Assembly: GCF_009914755.1 (NCBI RefSeq)
Contig: NC_060931.1
Reading direction: 5' to 3' (one strand)
Length of the DNA: 64,000 nucleotides
Source of the DNA: the human T2T-CHM13v2.0 reference genome, Homo sapiens
The notes under the pieces were generated by a model that was not told the DNA's origin, ran no database searches, and saw nothing but the letters and a program-made list of their open reading frames with translations. Every line of letters begins with the position of its first letter. The first letter of the stretch is position 1. The translations under genes were made by a program, and so were the position numbers. Below, piece after piece: positions 55,046-64,000 of the stretch.

Positions 55046-55675
55046 AATAAAAGCTATACCAAAATATTTTTAAAAGTCTGTGATAAGAGAAATGAACAAA
55101 CTCAGAAAAGCAGGAGACCTAGCTTTTCCAAACAACAGCTTTGTAGATTAGGGTAGAAAAGAGTACACTCTAAGAATTCTATTGCCAACCAAGTTGTCAT
55201 TCATGTTCAAATAAACTGTAAGATGATATTGAATCTGTAAGGGCACAGTCTATATAATTCTGTATTCAGAAATACAGAAAACAAAGATATATATCAAAGA
55301 GATGATCAATTTCTAAGTCTGCCTGGAAGTCATTAAACAGGTGGAAAAATCCAATTACATAAACACATCATCTATTTATTTACATATGTATAATTTTTCC
55401 TTAGGAAAGAATTAACTTTAAACTATGAAATGTTCAACACCCTTATTGCCTTCAACAAATACATTTAAAAAATCAATAATCATGAATTTTTTTAATTGGA
55501 AAAAAAACCTCCAGTGATATATAATTGGCATCATGATAATGCCTCACATCAGGCATAAAAATCAAGGTGGTATCTCAACCAATCTACTGCTTTGGAATTT
55601 TGGGATAATCCATAAGGGGTTGAGGATGAAGGATATAGTGTATAAATTAAACACAGAACTATAGACAAAAACAAG

Positions 55676-55678
<3 letters not shown>

Positions 55679-55716
<38 letters not shown>
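55679..55716. repeat. (AC)19 microsatellite
   Basis: Perfect run. Confidence 0.96.
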
Positions 55717-55722
<6 letters not shown>

Positions 55723-56813
55723 CACACACACGTACCAGTAAATGTACTGGTCTAAACCAGGTGAATACTTGTGAATACCCATTTGAACTTGTAAACTTCT
55801 AGCTAGTTAATCTTTGGATATTAAAGGAATAAACCTTTATCATTGTCACCTGGTAGTGTAGAATACAGGTATAACCTTTTTGAGGGCGAGAAAAGATATG
55901 ATGTACCATATGTTAACATTATTCCCCAAAATATTTAATGTTCAGAACCAGTATTTAAATATTGACAGTCAAGACAGTATCGTGAATCTAATAGAAATAT
56001 TAACAGGTAGTTTATTAAAGAGCTATGTTGTAAGAGTAAATACAGCTGGAAATCATAAATAACAAATTATGGATTTGGATTATACAAGAACTGGACTTCA
56101 ATCAGAGGATTTATACTCATAGAAAGGCCTCACTTAACACCTTGGCAAAATTTTGAGAGAACGAATAAATAACATAATTAATCAAAATAAAATCTTAAAT
56201 CATATGCATACAGTTTTTAATGATTTCTCACTTAAACCAATTAAATTGCAAAAATATTAGTTCCGAAATAAAATAAGAAGGATTTAGTAGCAGTCTTAGA
56301 GCTTGTAAAATCACAAATACAATTTTAGATTTACTTTTGTTTTCTCTCTTGAGATGGTATCATATCTATTTTTAAAATTAAACTTATGAACTTAATAAAG
56401 GCCACCTAGACTACAAAGTGCAGAGAGCATCACTTCCTCATAGAATATACTGCGTTGATATTGTCTTTAGAATCATGCTGATTTGTAGTATTTGTTGATT
56501 TTCATGGTGTTAATCCAAAAAAGTACACGGTATTTTATTTATAAATTATTCAAGTATTTTTGCCAAATGATACTAGACACAGTTGTTATTGCAAATGTTA
56601 TTTTAAAATAAAAATAGCATGTTCATTTTTCTTCTAGGGTATACTGTGGAAAGTGATCCTATCACTCTCATCCTTAAAAATGGGTCTTAATTTATATATC
56701 CTTATTAGACTGTAACACCAAAAATTATCATTGGGCGTGAAAGGGTTATAGTCATAGAAAACGCATATACGCCAAGTACTTTGCTTATAACTGTTATTTC
56801 TTTATTCATATAG

Positions 56814-57209
<396 letters not shown>

Positions 57210-57234
57210 AACAATATGCTTTTAGTTATTTATT

Positions 57235-57453
57235 TGGTGATGTGCTGGTAAGCTGGCATTCTGAAAGCAAATAATTAAGCAAGCAAGCAAACAAAAAGGT
57301 TTGAGTTATAGCATTTGCCTATTTCCACATTGTAAATGCTGCCACTATAGCCAATTCAAGCTATCATCATGATGTTACTGAATTTGAAGTTGGGAAGAGA
57401 TTTGTACAGAATATCTTATTGATGTGGAGCAACCTGGCTCCAGCATAACATTG
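57235..57453 (-). mobile_element. MER63-like (hAT-Blackjack)
   Basis: gcatttgcc.atttcc..tgtaaat..caagcta..actgaa...gttgggaagaga...ggctccagca. Confidence 0.7.
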
Positions 57454-57962
57454 TGATGAATAAATACTGCTTCTAATTTGTGTTTATTCTAATAGTCTAT
57501 CAAAATGTCCAGGGACATTTTCTGGTAGGTTCCAATATATTTAATTCGAGAAAATCACAGTGAGTCATTTTTAGCATGATTAAAGTTTTTAAGCAACAGC
57601 AGACAAAATTTTATTAAACTATGAAATGACAGAAAAACATTTATTTCAAATAATATTATATTTAGAGTAAAAATAAAAAGGTTGCATTTACTTTGTGACA
57701 ATGTTCATTATAAAAATATCATCAAAACCTTGCAAACTATATTTATGTTAGAGAATCTGGAGAATGGAAATGACCATACTATCTGATTGACAATTGAAAA
57801 TTTTCATTATGTATTTTGAGAATCTAGGTCTAATATTTTACTGAATGAAAATGATTAAGTACATATTTTATGGCCCATTATCTCCTACTCTAATGATCAT
57901 TACTTTAAAACACTTTTGATGTAATGAGGCGATTAGTATCTAAAAATAGACCACACCTAGTA

Positions 57963-58187
57963 CAGGGGTTAGCAAATGTTTTCTGTAAAGGGCCAGGAGT
58001 AAATAGTTTAGATGCTGCAGACCATACATTCTCTGTCATGAATGCAGTTCTGCTATTGTTTTGGTAAAGCACCCAGGCTTGATATGTAAATTAATGATCA
58101 TGACTGTGTTCCAATAAAACAGTATTTACAGAAGCAGGCAGCAGATGGATAAAGCCTGTGGGCCATCCATAGTTTGCTTACCCAACC
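57963..58187 (+). mobile_element. MER58A-like (hAT-Charlie)
   Basis: caggggttagcaaatgttttctgtaaagggccag...ctgtgttccaataaaac...catagtttgct. Confidence 0.85.
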
Positions 58188-58565
58188 TTAGTGTGTACTG
58201 GATCATTTGATTTTTTTTGTAGCTCTAATTTCAATATAACTTTTCTTGGTGTTTGTGAAACATTATCACAGATAACTAAAGTGTTTTTTAATAAAATTGC
58301 CCCAGTCAGTAAAAAAGTTTTGACTAGTGTTTCTTAAACAAGATACTTCTGTAGCCAACTGCCAAAAGGACAATGCAATTGAAAATAAAATGAATATATT
58401 TGTGGACATGTTTTCTTTCATATTACTATACCAAAATTTCACAACTAACCATAAGGAGAGAGGTTTACCTACACAGAGAAGGATGAGAACATTTGCATAT
58501 TAAATTAAAATGTATTTAATATGAGTGCATTCATTTTATTTTACTGTAAAATTCCTTATTCTTAC

Positions 58566-58691
58566 CTTCCATAAGCTTCCCCGTCTGTTCCGCACTTCCC
58601 CCAGGAAGAATCTTGGCAATATAGGCTCCAATTTCTCCACTATGTCCCGGGATTTCTTTACCACCCACAATTCTAATTCCTAATCCATTAC
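58566..58691 (-). CDS. PCLO: PCLO exon, N-terminal half of PDZ: (G)[41 protein letters not shown](G)
   Basis: tacag|GTAAT acceptor, GAAG|gtaag donor, 126 nt, phase 1-1; GLGI carboxylate-binding loop. Confidence 0.96.
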
Positions 58692-59419
58692 CTGTATTAA
58701 ACAATTAGCAAATTATTAGTACTAATTTAAGAAGGGACAATAGTTATCACAAGTTACAGAGAGCACAAAAAGTAGGTCTGGTATCCAGAAGCTAAATATA
58801 ACATGAATATTGGAAATGAACACCAAAACCAAAGTATGTTATTCTGATTTCGATAATATAAAATAGGATTTTCTGAGATCTTGGTAGACTCTCCAATGAT
58901 TGACCTGATATTAACAAGTAATTTTTCTAATTCAGCCATATTCAGTAATATACCCAGGACTTGCCAATTTTTGACTAGGTATTTTGTAAAAATTTTATGA
59001 GAGGATGTTCCCAGAGCATACAATTCACTTATGAGACTAAGGAACATTTTACTTATAGAAGAGCAGTAATGACTATTCCAAATTGAGAAGACACAATCCA
59101 ATCATACATACAATTGTAATTTATAAAGTGAAAACATGATCATAATTTATAAATTATTTATTTTTCAGCCTTAATTAACCAACTAATATTGTTTGTGTAT
59201 TAACCTGACACTTTCTACAAGACACGATAAAATTATTCTTGACTGATGAACATCTTAGTAAACTGTTTCTTACTTTGCAGTACAGGTTCTTCTGGAATTA
59301 GCCACATGAAAAGACCAGGGTGAATAATATTATTATGAGAAACCTAACTGAGATAAATATAAGTGTTTATATTTTTAGTTTCTGTGTTTTTTAAAAAATA
59401 GCTAAAAATTAGCAAGTAT

Positions 59420-59542
59420 ATAGAGCATGAAACATACCTAAACATGGAAAAACTACAGTGAATGTACTGTACTGTAATCTTATGGGACATTGTTGCATAT
59501 ATGGCTCATCACTGACCAAAACATTATGTGGCACATGAGTAC
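59420..59542. mobile_element. Tigger/MER47-like terminal fragment
   Basis: taatcttatgggac...catcactgaccaaaacattatgtggcacatga. Confidence 0.65.
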
Positions 59543-59639
59543 ACTTTAATGCATAGTGGTTTTAAGACCATTATTTTGAAAGGCAAGAAACAAACACATA
59601 TTAATCATGACAAATAATGAAATATTTGAATAGCTCTAT

Positions 59640-59757
59640 TCTTTTTATCTTTTGTAGAGACAAGGTCTCACTATGTTGTCCAAGCTGGTCTCAAACTCCT
59701 AAGCTGAAGCAATCCTCCTGCCTCGGCCTCTCACAGTGCTGGAATTACAGGCTTGAA
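59640..59757 (-). mobile_element. FLAM / Alu left monomer
   Basis: tttgtagagacaaggtctcactatgttg...gctggaattacaggc. Confidence 0.85.
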
Positions 59758-59773
59758 CTCTTTTCTTTTAAAG

Positions 59774-59978
59774 CAGTGGCTCTCAAATGGGGGTGACTTT
59801 TCCTCCCAGGGTATATTGGTCCATGTCTAGAAACATTTTTGGTTGTCACCGTGGAACGATGCTACTGGCATTTAGTGGATAGAGGCCAGGGATGTTGCTA
59901 AACATCCTACAATGCACAGGGTATCTTCCTAGGATTTTCCAGGCCAAAATGTCAACAGAGCCAAGGTTGAAAACCCCT
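59774..59978 (+). mobile_element. MER20 (hAT-Charlie)
   Basis: cagtggctctcaaatgggggtga..tttttggttgtcac..gaggccagggatgttgctaaacatcctacaatgcacagg..ggttgaaaacccctg. Confidence 0.9.
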
Positions 59979-60295
59979 GTTTTAATGAAAGCAATGCATG
60001 TTAATTATTTTAAACCTAATGTGACTATTGGGCAATCTTGAATTTTTAAGCTATAAAAATTAGAAAGATTGACATTGTTGTAAAACTAAAACAAGAAAAT
60101 CCTTTGGCAGAATTCCTTCTATAGTAACAAATGGGTTACAAACATGGGAACAGATCCTAAATAACACCAATACTTTAGACACATATTTTGGGGCTTTCCT
60201 TCTATTTGAATATCTTTAAAAATAGTTTTTCTTTTCCCAGCAAGTCCATATCAGAACTGAGAATCCACAAATAGACTTAAGATTGCTATAACTTA

Positions 60296-60469
<174 letters not shown>

Positions 60470-60884
60470 TCAAAATCTATTCATTGGCATGAAGGACTTA
60501 CAAAAATTGGTTATAGTTTCATTCTGCAAATGACAGTGTCTTGAAGGTGAAGTAGTTGGGTCCTTAGAGTCATTTGATTTCTAGTAGCTGAGCACCTTCT
60601 AAAACCCTCTGGTAAAGGATCAGTGATGAGAAACTGTAATTATAACCATCTCAATAAAGTAGCACAGGCACAATAATTATTTAATTTTGTAATGTATAGT
60701 CTCACAATAGTGACTTCAAAATGCTTTTGAAATATACTTCATAAGCCTCATGTCTTTGGTAAATAGAATAATACAGTCATGACAATCCTGTGAGAAATGA
60801 GACTATATACATAGAAACAATTTCAGTCATATAGTTAATTTTCAACAATTACTGTTCCTCTTGTTGACATTGCTGCTATTGTTT

Positions 60885-61170
60885 TTGTTTTGAGACAAAA
60901 TTTCACTCTGTTGCCCTTGCTGGAGTGCAATGGTGTGATCATAGCTCACTGCAGCCTCAAACTCATGGGCTCAGGGATCCTCCCACCTTAGCCTCCTGAG
61001 TAGCTGGGACTACTACATGCCACCATGCCCACCTAATTTTTTTTTATTTTTAGTAGACACCCAGTCTGGCTATATTGCCCAGGCTGGTTTCAACCTCCTA
61101 GGCTCAAGTGACCCTTTTGCCTCAGCCTTCCAAAAGTTCTGGGATTACAGGTATGAGCCACTGTGCCCAG
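60885..61170 (-). mobile_element. AluJ
   Basis: gatcatagctcactgcagcctcaaactc diagnostic; TSD ctgctattgttt. Confidence 0.93.
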
Positions 61171-62989
61171 CTGCTATTGTTTCTCATGTAGACAATTAAG
61201 TTGCATAAGAAGATCAAGAAATTTTTGAAGAATAGAACGTTAGAAAATAAATAGACCCAGGAAAAATAACATTTGTTTGTTTATTTTATAGTAGCTGCTT
61301 CTACCCTAATTTGAATGTCGTGAAAAGAAATTGAATTTATATAATTTTAAAGAATTGAATCTGGATATTTTGATTTCACATTTCTATAGTTGTACTGTAA
61401 TGTTTTATATTTCAAATATAGATAAAATGAATAAAAATATTTCTATAAAAATCTAACACCACTCCTCAAATCTAGAAAGCAGAATACCAATAGAATTTTT
61501 TGTAAACTCAAGAAGCAACATTAATTTTGAACTGAAATTCTTAGAAGTAAATGACCCTTGACAAGTGATGTGTATAGTATCATTGTTTTTCAACTTTTGA
61601 CAAATTTTTATCAAGATAAGGTCATCTCTCTGCTTTTGTTTCATCTCAAAACATTGATGAAATGCTTCTTCAGATGCCATGAAAATGGTCTTGTTCTTGT
61701 GTTCACAGTATGACAGCATACAGAGACATGTAAACCAATAGTTACTCCAGATAACATAAGTGCTTTACTAAAAAAGAAAGTCATAAGTTATGGTAATTTC
61801 ACAATACATAAGCATATCTGTGGTTAAGAAAGTGTTATAGAGAAGTTTAAAATTTAGAAAACCTTCAAAGGTTGGGATATTTATAGAAAAGAGAAATTCA
61901 ATGATAAAAGTGGCAAAACCATTAAGAAAATGCATTACCTCTACTAACCTGAGAATTACAATTTAAGTCTCTATGTACATTATAAGTATTTGATAAATAT
62001 GCTACTTTGGAGTCACTTTAAAAATAAGCTATGCACAACACAAACATGAGCATACTAAGGAAAAATCTTTACATTTGCATTTAAATTTACAGATTACATC
62101 TAATTTTATGTGTTTATTAATCTGCTACAATGAAAGCTCTGGTATTTTAAAGTATCACAAAGAATGTTTTATTTTCAACATTAAAATATATACTAAAATA
62201 TTATGAGGTTATAATTAGAACATTACATTTGGATAAAATTAAAATACTTGTTTAATTTCAATACCCTCATATCCTGTATCTAAGCATCAACGGAAAGCAA
62301 AATTGGTATTAATGAACATACTGTATCTTATGAATAGTTTAAATCAACTGTGTTGATTTTTTATAATAAAGTTATCCTAGAATAAAAATATATTGCGTAG
62401 TTCAGTCATGTCATTGGTTGGGCTAAAGAAGAAAACAGATTATACAAATAATAATGCCTATAAAATACCAAGAATAATAGAAAAGTCCCCAAAGGATAGT
62501 TCATTAAATTTATTTTTATGTAGTTTACACATTACTTACACTCTTGAGTAAGGCTGTGAGAATTTAATTTTATATTATTTCACTGACTTATCTCTGTGTT
62601 ACAAATTATACATAAAAGTGTTTAAGAAAGTAAACCAAATTATATTAAAAATTCAGTTATTTCCCTTTTTGTCCTATCAAATGAAACAGTTTGTTCATTA
62701 ATTCTCAAACATGAAGACCTAAAGAATTTTCACTATTTATCCAATTATTGGTCAGTATTTAAAAAAAAATTCCTATAAACACAACAATGTACATCAATCA
62801 CCTTAATAACAATCCATATTTTACAGTTTTCAGCAACATCAAAACAGAAACAGCACACTCATGCCAAGTTTAATCGAACTCTAATCCTGAGTATTCCAAT
62901 AATAAATTCACTTATTCCTATTAGCTTTTTCTTATCCAGCCAATTGCTCCAGGCATGAAAATTGCTGTTCAGCATCCTTTTGTTTCTAG

Positions 62990-63297
62990 TTTTATTTTTT
63001 ATTTTTTAATTTATTTTGAGATGGACTCTCGCTCTGTTCCCCAAGCTGGAGTGCAGTGGTGCGATCTTGGCCCACTGCAACCTCCGCCTCCAGGCTCAAG
63101 CTATTCTCCTGCCTCGGCCTCCCTAGTAGCTGGGATTACAGGCTCCTGCCACCACGCCCAGCTAATTTTGTGTACTTTTGGTAGACAGGGGTTTTTGCCA
63201 TGTTGGCCAGGCTGGTCTCAAATTCCTGACCTCAGATGATGCCTGCCTTGGCCTCCCAAAGTTCTGGAATTACAGGCGTGAGCCACCGCGCCTGGAC
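62990..63297 (-). mobile_element. Alu (AluSx-like)
   Basis: Full dimer. Confidence 0.94.
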
Positions 63298-64000
63298 TTT
63301 TTCTGGTTTTAAATATATATCCTTTATGTACATGAAAAATTTGAAGAGAACAATTCATCTCACATTTCCATGAACTTGCATTCACACCTCTTTTCTAATG
63401 TAATCTAAATAATATTAATATTAAAATGTTATGTACAGTTCAAAGAATGTACAAAAGCCTGTCCATATTCACAGTATATTGCATGAGATGAGTCCAAGAT
63501 GGCCTGCCATATGACTGAAATGACCATTGGCATGGGAAATAAGGAAGACGAGTAAAAAAATACACAAAAATGACACTGGTATTCTGGCTTTGTGGAACAC
63601 ACTTTTCAAATGACAGATGATGCATGCTGTTAAAGTAATTTTACTCAAAGCACATAGGATTTTCTCCTCTTTATAGACTTGGAATAATTCCTACCAAGAA
63701 AATTTGTCAGGACTGCCACATTCACAAATGCATTCTTCATTCATGTAATGACATAAAGATTTTCTTTTTTCTTCATTTTAGCTTATATAAGACAATTGCA
63801 AAATTAGAAGCATAAAGACTAAATCTGAAGGGTTTGCCGGATACTTCTATAAAAGGCAATGAAAAGGAAATTTATTTCATTTAGCAGTACTTAGGGTCCA
63901 AAACAAAATGATTATTTGATATGAAACTGGATGTCACAAAATTGGAAAATAGGGTCACTTTATAGGTTTGGCCTTGATACTAAATTGATGGCAGGCCAGG

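Overview
Human (primate) genomic DNA lying entirely inside the 3' part of PCLO (Piccolo/Aczonin, presynaptic active-zone scaffold), transcribed on the minus strand. I reconstructed 11 canonical GT-AG exons by hand, from 58691 down to 1699. They join in one frame and encode most of the PDZ domain, a Ser/Pro linker, the C2A domain (with the 27-nt QVMVVQNAS microexon) and the short-isoform end (...IQPSKRRK*). An internal donor at 1715 serves the long C2B-containing isoform. The introns are AT-rich and hold many Alu, L1, MIR, L2, LTR and MER elements. The most interesting region is 1-1715, the short-isoform 3'UTR. It hides a 183-nt in-frame cassette exon (333-515) that the ORF track missed, and a candidate 45-nt Cys-rich microexon (1582-1626) behind an 89-nt mini-intron containing both the stop codon and an AATAAA. 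Together these suggest a multi-way C-terminal switch. Retrotransposition oddities include a probable L1 3' transduction, an 18-nt Alu stub with a perfect 17-bp TSD and a 98-nt fold-back hairpin. There are no prokaryote-type systems. Repeat subfamily calls are by eye and approximate.
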